From assembly GCA_900555295.1 (NCBI GenBank), contig USKN01000001.1, forward strand, positions 1 to 45,750: a stretch of DNA of 45,750 bases, given 5' to 3'. How positions within the stretch are numbered: the stretch's first letter is position 1; each line of letters starts with the position of its first letter. The position numbers and the translations under genes were made by a program. The notes beneath the pieces were generated by a model that had not been told where the DNA came from, did not search any database, and was given only the letters and a program-made list of their open reading frames with translations. Source of the stretch: an uncultured Eubacteriales bacterium. GTDB taxonomy: Bacteria; Bacillota; Clostridia; UMGS1810. Positions 36,330 through 44,435 of this stretch are shown one piece after another.

Positions 36330-36671
36330 TTACGAATTTGACGCGGCAACAATATTGCTTCCAAACACATCCCTTGCAATAATATCGCCCGTTTTAACAG
36401 GTGTATTTAAAGTAATTTTGTTAATTATTTTCATACACTCAAATATTTTATCTTTCGGTATAGGCTTATCGGTTTTTACGGGAACGGGTACACCGCTTGC
36501 CGTTTTAACCGTTGACGTTACACATCTTACGGGATTGGTACATTCGTTTTTTGCATATTCCATACCTCTTCTGCAGGTATATCCCGAAATATTCAATATT
36601 TTTCCGCCGTCAAACTCAACGCTTATATTGCAGCCAAGAGGACAGCATATGCAAGTTAAACTTCTTTTCAT
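36330..36671 (-). CDS. DUF1667 domain protein (small Cys-rich subunit of the clostridial G3P dehydrogenase set)
   Basis: 113 aa. MKRSLTCICCPLGC N-terminus. Its start overlaps the upstream stop by 4 nt. Confidence 0.85.
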   Translation of the reverse strand: MKRSLTCICCPLGCNISVEFDGGKILNISGYTCRRGMEYAKNECTNPVRCVTSTVKTASGVPVPVKTDKPIPKDKIFECMKIINKITLNTPVKTGDIIARDVFGSNIVAASNS

Positions 36672-37906
36672 ACAATCTCCTCCAATCCGAATGTAAGGTT
36701 TTTTGCGTCCTTAAACGTATCTGCCTTTAATGTAATGCTTTCCATTTCGCCCGGCGCAACCTTTAATTTCTTTTTTGAAAATATTTTTTCATTGCCGCTG
36801 TACACATTTATTTTTACGTTTTTGTACACGTCCGAAACTCTGAAATAAACCGTTATATCCTTTTTCTCGGTTATTGTTTGCGGTACCGTGTAACGAATTT
36901 TTCCGTCTGTTTCAACAGGTATTTCGCACCGATTACCGCAATTGCCGTTAATATATTCCGCCGCCGCTCTGCCGGCAATTTCCGCCTCCTCCGATACATA
37001 GTCAACCAAATCGTGAACGTGCAAAACATTTCCGCATGCAAAAATGCCCTGCTGCGATGTTTGCCTGTTTTGATCCACAACAGCACCGTTGGTAACTCGG
37101 CTTAATTTAATATCGGCGCTTTTGGAAAGCTCATTTTCAGGTATTAAACCTACCGACAAAAGAAGTGTATCGCAAGGTATATACTCAAAGGTAGCGGGTA
37201 TCGGCTTGCGGTTTTTGTCAACCTCGGCAATCGTTACACCTTCAACTCTTCTGTTCCCGTGAATTTTTACAACTGTATGGCTTAATTTAAGCGGTATGTT
37301 AAAATCGTTAAGACACTGTTCAATATTTCTTGCCAAACCGCCCGAATACGGCATAAGTTCACATACGGCATAAACTTTGGCACCCTCCAATGTCATACGT
37401 CGCGCCATAATAAGACCTATATCGCCCGAACCCAAAATAACAACTTCTTTGCCCGGCATAAACCCTTTCATATTAACAAGCTTTTGTGCGGTACCGGCAC
37501 TGTATATGCCTGCGGGACGGCTGCCTGCAATGTTTAATGCGCCCTTTGAACGCTCACGGCAGCCCATTGCAAGAATAATTGCTTTTGCCTTTACGGTAAA
37601 AACTCCGTCCGCCTCGTTTGTTGCCGTAACAACCTTGTTGCCGTCTATATCTATAACCATAGTATTAAGCTTAAACGGGATATTGTATTCTTCAACTTTT
37701 TTACGGTATCTTTCGGCATATTCGGGACCTGTAAGTTCTTCGCCGAATTTATGAAGTCCAAATCCGTTATGTATGCATTGCTGTAAAATTCCGCCCAAAT
37801 GCTCGTCGCGTTCCAAAATTAATATATCTTTTATTCCGCTCTCATATGCCGCAACCGCCGCACTCATTCCGGCGGGGCCGCCGCCTATAATAACCAAATC
37901 CGTCAT
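36668..37906 (-). CDS. NAD(P)/FAD-dependent oxidoreductase (pyridine nucleotide-disulfide oxidoreductase fold)
   Basis: 412 aa. DLVIIGGGPAGMSAA and a second Rossmann, VVILGSGDIGL. Middle gene of the GlpA-like / oxidoreductase / DUF1667 triad. Confidence 0.85.
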   Translation of the reverse strand: MTDLVIIGGGPAGMSAAVAAYESGIKDILILERDEHLGGILQQCIHNGFGLHKFGEELTGPEYAERYRKKVEEYNIPFKLNTMVIDIDGNKVVTATNEADGVFTVKAKAIILAMGCRERSKGALNIAGSRPAGIYSAGTAQKLVNMKGFMPGKEVVILGSGDIGLIMARRMTLEGAKVYAVCELMPYSGGLARNIEQCLNDFNIPLKLSHTVVKIHGNRRVEGVTIAEVDKNRKPIPATFEYIPCDTLLLSVGLIPENELSKSADIKLSRVTNGAVVDQNRQTSQQGIFACGNVLHVHDLVDYVSEEAEIAGRAAAEYINGNCGNRCEIPVETDGKIRYTVPQTITEKKDITVYFRVSDVYKNVKINVYSGNEKIFSKKKLKVAPGEMESITLKADTFKDAKNLTFGLEEIV

Positions 37907-39340
37907 TTAAAAATCCTCCTTTGTATTGCCCGTTACAATTGGCGAATTATTACCGCACTTTGTAACACTTGCAAACGGTATATTAAGCTCCCGCGATAAT
38001 ATTTCGCATACATACGGCAGGCAAAAACCGCCCTGACACCGTCCCATTCCCGAACGGGTTCTGCGCTTTATACCGTCAACGTCACGCGCACCGGGATTTG
38101 TTCGTATTGCGTAAATAATTTCTCCCTCCGTTACGCTCTCACACCTACACACTATTTTACCGTATGACGGGTCTTGTTTTATTATATTGTTTTTTTGCTC
38201 AACATCTGCGTCCTTAAAAAAATGATTTGGTTTGCGTATCGGGTTAAATTTTTCGTTTACGGTAAGTTTAAGACCGCAATCTTTTAAAATATACACAATT
38301 TCTTTGGCAATAGCGGGTGATGACGAAAGCCCCGGCGATTCTATTGCCGCCGCATTTACAAATCTTTCCGTGGGTGAATTAATTATAAAATCACCCGTAT
38401 CTCCCACAGCTCTCAAACCGCAAAAAGATGTAATTGTTTTATTGTACGGTACGTTTTTTACACTCTCGTTTGCACCTTTTATTATATCGAAAAAACCCTC
38501 GGCAGTGGTTTCGGTGTTTTGCTTGTCCTCCATATCAACCGCCGTTGGCCCCGTTAAAAGATTTCCGTCAACTGTAGGTGTTACAAGTATTCCTTTTCCC
38601 ATTTTTGTGGGTGCTTTAAATACGGTGTGATTTACATATGTACCGCACTCTTTATCAAGCAATATGTATTCGCCGCGCCGTGGATGTATTTTAAACGAAT
38701 TGTCGCCCGCAAACTCTGCAATTTTATCGGTATACACACCTGCCGCATTAACAATGTATTTTGCACGTACAGTTTCGCTTTTTGATATAATATTAAAAAA
38801 TCCGTCCTCTTTTTCAATGCCCGTAACTTCAAAATTCAGTTTTAAATCCGCGCCGTTATCCATTGCATTGCCGACCGCGGCAATGCACAACTCATACGGA
38901 CAAACAATTGCACCGCTCGGCGCATAAAGCGCGCATATTGCATTGTCGGATACATTGGGTTCAAGTTTTTTAAGCTCATCGCTGTCAATAATTTTTAAAC
39001 CCTTTACTCCGTTTTCTATACCCTGTTCGTAAAGAGCATAAATGCTTTTTTTGTCGTCATTGTTAAATGCCAAAACAACAGAACCGTTGTTTTTATATTT
39101 TACACCAAGTTCCGCGCAAATATCTTTCATCATTTCCGAACCGAGAACATTGTATTTTGCCTTTAACGTTCCCGGCTTTGCGTCAAAACCTGCGTGTACA
39201 ATTGCTGAATTGGCTTTGGTTGCACCCATCGCAACATCATTTTCTTTTTCAAGCACACAAACGCTTACATTGTATTTTGTAAGCTCTCTTGCCGTAACGG
39301 CGCCTATAATTCCGCCGCCTATAATGGCTACATCGTACAT
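37907..39340 (-). CDS. FAD-dependent glycerol-3-phosphate dehydrogenase-like protein with a BFD-like [2Fe-2S] domain
   Basis: 477 aa. YDVAIIGGGIIGAV FAD motif, DAO-family body, and a C-terminal CRCESVTEGEI...GRCQGGFC. Confidence 0.85.
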   Translation of the reverse strand: MYDVAIIGGGIIGAVTARELTKYNVSVCVLEKENDVAMGATKANSAIVHAGFDAKPGTLKAKYNVLGSEMMKDICAELGVKYKNNGSVVLAFNNDDKKSIYALYEQGIENGVKGLKIIDSDELKKLEPNVSDNAICALYAPSGAIVCPYELCIAAVGNAMDNGADLKLNFEVTGIEKEDGFFNIISKSETVRAKYIVNAAGVYTDKIAEFAGDNSFKIHPRRGEYILLDKECGTYVNHTVFKAPTKMGKGILVTPTVDGNLLTGPTAVDMEDKQNTETTAEGFFDIIKGANESVKNVPYNKTITSFCGLRAVGDTGDFIINSPTERFVNAAAIESPGLSSSPAIAKEIVYILKDCGLKLTVNEKFNPIRKPNHFFKDADVEQKNNIIKQDPSYGKIVCRCESVTEGEIIYAIRTNPGARDVDGIKRRTRSGMGRCQGGFCLPYVCEILSRELNIPFASVTKCGNNSPIVTGNTKEDF

Positions 39341-39374
39341 ATTTAATTACACCTCTTTACAAATTGTTAAATTT

Positions 39375-39404
39375 ATTATATAATAAATAAGCAATAAAAA
39401 TCAA
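39375..39404 (-). promoter_or_regulatory. Candidate promoter of the six-gene glycerol-phosphate operon
   Basis: On the minus strand: TTGATT (39404-39399), an 18-nt spacer, TATAAT (39380-39375). Confidence 0.4.
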
Positions 39405-39478
39405 CAATGGCGAAAATAAAGAAAGTTTTTGCATATTTTTGCGATAAATGCGCAACAATGTGCAAAGGAGGGCTTTAA

Positions 39479-40243
39479 ATGTACGGAAACGAAAGAGAAA
39501 AAGAAATTTTAAATTTACTCCAAAAAAATAATTATGTAACGGTAGAGTACCTTTCGCAAAAAATACACATAAGCCCGTCAAGCATTAGGCGCGATTTAAA
39601 AAAGCTGGAGCTTGAGGGTCTTGTAACAAGAAGTTACGGCGGTGCGGAATTAAAATCATCGGTAAACAAAAAAATCCCCTTTTATTTAAGGAGTCATAAA
39701 AACACAAAAGAAAAAGCGTGTGTTGCACAATTGGCGGCAGGTATGGTAAAACAGGGCGATGTTGTATTTCTTGACGGTTCCACAAGCACATATTTTATGA
39801 TTGAATACTTAAAAAACAAAAAGGATATAACGGTTATTACAAACGGACTTGCAAGTATGAGTATTTGCGCCGAGTACAATATTAATTCATACTTAACGGG
39901 CGGAAAGCTTAACCCCGAAAACCGAGCTTGTTTTGTGGGAACACATACCGAACAAATGATTATATCGTATCACGCCGACATATGCTTTTTTTCGGTGCAG
40001 TCGCTTGCAAAGGATGGCAATTTGTACGATTGTTTTGAAAATGAAATTACACCGCGCAAACTTATGATAAAAAATGCCGAAAAAAAGGTGTTTTTGTGCG
40101 ACAGCAGCAAAATTAACCACTTTTCGGCATATAAGCTATGCAATATTCGGCAAATAGATTGTGTAATAAGTGATGCCGATATAGAAAAATACCTTGACGG
40201 TAATTATCCCGATACAGAATTTTTATCCCCCGTCATATCTTAA
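39479..40243 (+). CDS. DeoR/GlpR family transcriptional regulator
   Basis: 254 aa. N-terminal HTH (EREKEILNLLQKNNYVTVEYLSQKIHISPSSIRRDLKKLE) and a DeoR C-terminal sugar-phosphate sensor domain. Divergent from the operon. Confidence 0.88.
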   Translation: MYGNEREKEILNLLQKNNYVTVEYLSQKIHISPSSIRRDLKKLELEGLVTRSYGGAELKSSVNKKIPFYLRSHKNTKEKACVAQLAAGMVKQGDVVFLDGSTSTYFMIEYLKNKKDITVITNGLASMSICAEYNINSYLTGGKLNPENRACFVGTHTEQMIISYHADICFFSVQSLAKDGNLYDCFENEITPRKLMIKNAEKKVFLCDSSKINHFSAYKLCNIRQIDCVISDADIEKYLDGNYPDTEFLSPVIS

Positions 40244-40330
40244 AAATTTACAAACAATCACGCAAAGACGGGCTGTATTATGATAAAATAGAGAAAAATT
40301 AACAAAAGTTTAAAAAAAGCAAAAAAAAAC

Positions 40331-40359
40331 TTGATTTTTGCCCGAGTGTGTGGTACAAT
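40331..40359 (+). promoter_or_regulatory. Promoter of rpsT
   Basis: TTGATT (40331-40336), a 17-nt spacer ending in TGG, then TACAAT (40354-40359), giving an extended -10. Confidence 0.55.
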
Positions 40360-40402
40360 AAGTTTAAATTGACTAATTATGTATTTATTGGAGGTGAAAT
40401 TA

Positions 40403-40666
40403 ATGCCTAATATTAAATCTGCAAAAAAAAGAGTTAAGGTTATCAAAACAAAAACATTGAGAAACCAAATGATAAAATCAAATCTTAAAACTTGCATTAA
40501 AAAATTTGAAGAATGTGTTGCAAATTCAGACGCAGCTGCTGCAGCAGAAGCTTGCAAACTTGCATTTAAAAGAATTGACCAAGCAGTTGCAAAAGGTGTT
40601 ATACACAAAAACACAGCTGCAAGAAAAAAAGCTCAAATTGCTGTAAAGCTTAACAAAATTGCATAA
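40403..40666 (+). CDS. rpsT: 30S ribosomal protein S20
   Basis: ORF 40379..40666, trimmed to the ATG at 40403, which follows GGAGGTG. MPNIKSAKKRVKVIKTKTLRNQ is the canonical S20 N-terminus. 87 aa. Confidence 0.93.
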   Translation: MPNIKSAKKRVKVIKTKTLRNQMIKSNLKTCIKKFEECVANSDAAAAAEACKLAFKRIDQAVAKGVIHKNTAARKKAQIAVKLNKIA

Positions 40667-40699
40667 TTGAGCCGTTTTTAAATTGCTTATAACACAAAA

Positions 40700-40726
40700 T
40701 ACCGCCTTTAAAGGCGGCTTTTTTGT
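40700..40726 (+). terminator. rpsT intrinsic terminator
   Basis: CCGCCTTTAAAGGCGG (40702-40717), followed by CTTTTTT. Confidence 0.8.
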
Positions 40727-40845
40727 TATAAGTGTGTTTTTGTGTTTTTACAAATACATTGCCATATAAAGCGGGAGGTTATCTGTTTTTTAACACAAAC
40801 CGCGTTTTTTGTCAATTATATTATATACACAAATCGCGATTTTTA

Positions 40846-40914
40846 TAAAAAAACAAAAAAATAAAAAACAGGCAAGAGAAATTTAAACCTAAATTGCTTA
40901 AAATTTTTCTTGCC
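40846..40914 (-). terminator. Terminator of the TIM-barrel/oxidoreductase operon
   Basis: GGCAAGAGAAATTT (40871-40884) pairs with AAATTTTTCTTGCC (40901-40914), 13/14. On the minus strand it is followed by TGTTTTTTATTTTTTTGTTTTTT. Confidence 0.7.
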
Positions 40915-40926
40915 CGTTAATTAAAA

Positions 40927-42087
40927 TCAGTGTGTGCCCGTAACGTCTAAAGTAACGTTTGCGGTTGCATTTTTCTTAAATGTTGAATTTTTAATTTTGT
41001 CTTGAAGCATATTGTAGTAAAGGTCCTCATCAAGCTTATCGAGTTCAACCCAACTGTCCGTCCAGGCAGAAAGGTGAACCGCATTTGAAATTGTAAGACC
41101 GTTTATACCCTCTTTGCCCTCTGCTATAGGCTGTGCACCGTTTTCAATAACATCAACAATATTGTTGAGTATTCCAACGTGCTGTTCGTTTTTACCGTCT
41201 GTGGGAACCTCGCATTTCCATACTTCAGGATTGCCGAAACCACCTTTCCAAGTGCGGTTAAACTCGCGTTCGTCGCATCTGTTGCGCCAAAATGTAATTT
41301 TGTCGTCCTCTACAACTACTTTACCCATTGTACCCGATATTTCAAGACGGTTTGTTCCCGGTGTTTCACCCGTTGATGTAATAAACGACGCTGTCATGCC
41401 GTTTTCGTACTCCGCATATATTGTTACATCATCATCTACTTCTATATTGTAGTATTTTCCAAAACTTGCAAAACCTCTTAATCTTTTGGGCATTCCCACT
41501 ATCCACTGCCAAAGGTCAAGCTGGTGCGGGTCTTGATTTAAAAGCACTCCGCCGCCTTCGCCTGCCCACGAACTTCTCCACGAACTGCTGTCGTGATAGC
41601 TTTGCGGTCTGTACCAATTGGTGATTATCCATACCATACGTTTTAAATCGCCGAGTTCGCCGCTTTTAACCAAGTCACGCAATTTTCTGTATACACAGTT
41701 TGTACGCTGATTGTACATTATAAAAAACTTTTTATCGGATTTTTCGGCCGCCTCGTTCATCTCACGTACCTGTTTTGTGTAAACGCCCGCCGGTTTTTCG
41801 GTAAGCACGTGTAAATTGTGCTTAAAGCCCTCAATTGCAAGCGGTGAGTGCGAATAGTGCGGTGTGGCAATTATTACCAAATCAATTAAATCGGAGTGCT
41901 TGTAAAACTCGTCCGAATTATCAAAATACTGCACTTTGTCACTAAAACGCTCTTTTGCCCATTTAATTCTGTCGGGGTTTATATCGCATACAGCCGCAAG
42001 AGTCATATTTTTAACCAATCCGTCAAAAATATGATTTGCGTGCGCGCTTCCCATATTACCTATACCTATTATTCCTGCTCTTATCAT
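40927..42087 (-). CDS. Gfo/Idh/MocA family oxidoreductase
   Basis: 386 aa. GIIGIGNMGSAHANH Rossmann and LTEKPA motif, followed by a long C-terminal domain. Its start overlaps the upstream stop by 1 nt. Confidence 0.88.
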   Translation of the reverse strand: MIRAGIIGIGNMGSAHANHIFDGLVKNMTLAAVCDINPDRIKWAKERFSDKVQYFDNSDEFYKHSDLIDLVIIATPHYSHSPLAIEGFKHNLHVLTEKPAGVYTKQVREMNEAAEKSDKKFFIMYNQRTNCVYRKLRDLVKSGELGDLKRMVWIITNWYRPQSYHDSSSWRSSWAGEGGGVLLNQDPHQLDLWQWIVGMPKRLRGFASFGKYYNIEVDDDVTIYAEYENGMTASFITSTGETPGTNRLEISGTMGKVVVEDDKITFWRNRCDEREFNRTWKGGFGNPEVWKCEVPTDGKNEQHVGILNNIVDVIENGAQPIAEGKEGINGLTISNAVHLSAWTDSWVELDKLDEDLYYNMLQDKIKNSTFKKNATANVTLDVTGTH

Positions 42088-43097
42088 TATACTTCCACCT
42101 CTTTATTTAATTTTGCCGATTTATATATGGCAAGTATTACATCTACTGCTTTTCGTGCCTCATTGGGCGGTATTAAAACGGGCGTGTTAAATAAAACAGC
42201 GTCCGCCATATTTTCCACAAGCAGTCTGTGGCCGTCGCTTACACTCTGCCAAGCACAGTTTTTACCTCCGAGTGTGTCACTGTACGCTTTAGGCTTTGTG
42301 CCGCCGTTCACAATCCACTCTTTTATTTCGCTGTCGCCAAATGTAATACTGCCCAACGTTCCGTTTATGTTAAATATAGTTTCATTACCGCTTACAAGCG
42401 ACGTTGTACCCTCAATTACGCCTATTGCGCCGTTTTTAAACTTAACAATAATAACTGCGGTGTCCTCCACATCTATATTGCGTGCTTTTGTTTCGCATTT
42501 TGCATTTACACTTTCAATATCTCCGCATAGCATTATAAGCATATCTATGCCGTGAATACATTGATTCATAAGCGCTCCTCCGCCGTCGAGTTCCCAAGTG
42601 CCGCGCCACGCGTCGGAATCATAATATTCCTGTGTGCGCGAATACTTAAAATATCCGTCGCATAAAATAAGCTTGCCCAATTTATTGCTGTCGATTGCGT
42701 CTTTTGTAATAAGCGCACCGGTATATGTTCGCCGCTGAAAAATTCCGCCAAGCTTTACACCGCACCTTTGGCATACGTCAATCATATCGTCAAGCTTTTG
42801 TTTTGTAATTTCAAGCGGTTTTTCGCATAAAACATTTACACCGTGACGGGCGCATATTTTTGCGTGTTCGCCGTGCATACCGCTGGGTGTGCCTATAATT
42901 ACAACATCGGGTTTTACCGATGTAAGCATTGTTTCAAGGTCGGTATAATACGGTACATTATACCGGCTTGATTTTTTCTTTGCCTTTTCCTCGTTAATAT
43001 CGCATACTGCGGCAAGGTATGCATTTTTTGCCTTATCCACAGCGTCAAGATGAACAGCCGATATCCGTCCGCACCCAAGCACAGCAAATTTTACCAT
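42087..43097 (-). CDS. Gfo/Idh/MocA family oxidoreductase
   Basis: ORF 42087..43106, trimmed to the ATG at 43097 (MVKFAVLGCGRISAVH). The GTG at 43106 overlaps the AGGAG SD. CEKPL motif present. Confidence 0.88.
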   Translation of the reverse strand: MVKFAVLGCGRISAVHLDAVDKAKNAYLAAVCDINEEKAKKKSSRYNVPYYTDLETMLTSVKPDVVIIGTPSGMHGEHAKICARHGVNVLCEKPLEITKQKLDDMIDVCQRCGVKLGGIFQRRTYTGALITKDAIDSNKLGKLILCDGYFKYSRTQEYYDSDAWRGTWELDGGGALMNQCIHGIDMLIMLCGDIESVNAKCETKARNIDVEDTAVIIVKFKNGAIGVIEGTTSLVSGNETIFNINGTLGSITFGDSEIKEWIVNGGTKPKAYSDTLGGKNCAWQSVSDGHRLLVENMADAVLFNTPVLIPPNEARKAVDVILAIYKSAKLNKEVEV

Positions 43098-43108
43098 ATA
43101 AACCACTC

Positions 43109-43951
43109 CTATGCGTTAATTTTTTTAACAATGGTATCGAGCGCATTATATGCAATGTCAAACAGCTCGGGGCCGCTTTTGGTTTGTTTTTTTGCCGCGT
43201 CGCGCTCAAGGCCGGCAAATCCCACAAAATCGCCCAAATGCGGTTCAAGCGATAAAAATCCGCTCCAACCCATATTTTTAAGCTCTGTTAAAATGTATTC
43301 CACATTTCCGTCACCGCCGCCTGCCGGTACTACATATCCGTCTTTTGTATATGCGTCTTTAATATGCATATATTCTATATGGTTTTTAAGTTTTTTAAAA
43401 CATTCTATTGTATCTTCACCGCACTGCACAAAGTTTGCCGGGTCAAATGTTGCCTTTACATAATCACAGTTGAGCGTTTCAAGTAAATCCACACATCTGT
43501 CGGCGGTATCGCCGTAAATTTCTTTTTCGTTTTCGTGAAGTAAAACAAGGCCGCTGCCCTTTGCCACGTCAATATATTTTGCCCATCTGTTTAATACTTC
43601 ATCGCGATATTGTGCCGCGTTGTTTGTATCCATAAAAAAGCTGAACATTCTTATATACTTTGTTTCAAGCGTATGCGCAAGTTCAATTGTGTTTTTAAAC
43701 TTATCAAGCTCTTTTTCAAACGGATCGTCAATATTTATTTTGCCTATTGGCGAACCAAGCGCCGAAAGTTTAAAACCGTTATCGTCAAGTATTTTTTTCT
43801 TTTCTTTCGCCTCGCTTATAGTGTAATCGGATATATTCTTTCCGTCTATTCCGCGAGCCTCAATATGATTAATACCGTATTTTTTAAGCACACTGATTTG
43901 CTCTTTCAAATCAGGTGATATTTCGTCGGCAAATGCCGAGTATGCAAACAT
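43109..43951 (-). CDS. Sugar phosphate isomerase/epimerase family protein (xylose isomerase-like TIM barrel)
   Basis: ORF 43109..44002, trimmed to the ATG at 43951 (MFAYSAFADEISPDL), which has AAGGAG upstream. LLHENE, FDPANF and SLEPH are barrel and metal motifs. Confidence 0.85.
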   Translation of the reverse strand: MFAYSAFADEISPDLKEQISVLKKYGINHIEARGIDGKNISDYTISEAKEKKKILDDNGFKLSALGSPIGKINIDDPFEKELDKFKNTIELAHTLETKYIRMFSFFMDTNNAAQYRDEVLNRWAKYIDVAKGSGLVLLHENEKEIYGDTADRCVDLLETLNCDYVKATFDPANFVQCGEDTIECFKKLKNHIEYMHIKDAYTKDGYVVPAGGGDGNVEYILTELKNMGWSGFLSLEPHLGDFVGFAGLERDAAKKQTKSGPELFDIAYNALDTIVKKINA

Positions 43952-43989
43952 ATAATCATCTCCTTGTGAGTACATTTTATATCTTAAAC

Positions 43990-44027
43990 AAAAAAAATAC
44001 AATGGTATATGTTGTTCTATACCATTG
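43990..44027 (-). terminator. Orphan intrinsic terminator in the 5' leader of the TIM-barrel operon (attenuator-like)
   Basis: Perfect 10-bp stem CAATGGTATA (44000-44009) and TATACCATTG (44018-44027) with an 8-nt loop. On the minus strand it is followed by TATTTTTTTT (43999-43990). It lies ~40 nt upstream of the start codon, and there is no upstream minus-strand gene. Confidence 0.55.
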
Positions 44028-44308
44028 CAAATATTGCTGTTTTTAATATTTAATAAAAGAAAGTTTAAACTTGCGCATAATCAAGACTTCACCTTGGAGG
44101 GGAAGCTGTCATCGCAAGATGACTGATGATGTGAAAAAACGTTAAAAAACCTCAATCAATGTACCCGTTAAAGACGTCGATTATGTTGATGTATATTCCG
44201 ACCATTATGCACAGGACGGCTCAACCGTTGAAAGTTCAAGCAGTCATAAATCAATTACATATTAATTTATTTGATTTTATAACTTTCTAAATTTTGTCCC
44301 TTTTCTTT

Positions 44309-44346
44309 CCGTCGGGTATGTTTTTATATGCCCGACGGATTTTTTT
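44309..44346 (+). terminator. Orphan plus-strand intrinsic terminator
   Basis: CCGTCGGG (44309-44316) pairs with CCCGACGG (44331-44338), followed by ATTTTTTT. No intact plus-strand gene lies upstream of it. Confidence 0.6.
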
Positions 44347-44368
44347 GGGAGGATATGTATATTTTCAC

Positions 44369-44397
44369 TTGACAAATATTAAAATACATTGTACATT
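44369..44397 (+). promoter_or_regulatory. Candidate promoter of the LOG-family gene
   Basis: TTGACA (44369-44374), a 17-nt spacer, TACATT (44392-44397). Confidence 0.4.
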
Positions 44398-44435
44398 ATA
44401 CTTAATAACATTTTTACAAAGGAGACAAAGCAATT

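Noticed and set aside
41896-42555. 219-aa plus-strand ORF spanning the junction of the two Gfo/Idh/MocA genes
   Set aside because: - It is antisense to two well-supported genes.
- It has no RBS and a shadow-frame composition.
44056-44288. 6S-RNA-like closing stem: AGAAAGTT at about 44056-44064 pairing with AACTTTCT at 44281-44288
   Set aside because: - An 8-bp complementarity within about 280 nt of AT-rich sequence is expected by chance.
- No central bubble architecture could be traced by eye.
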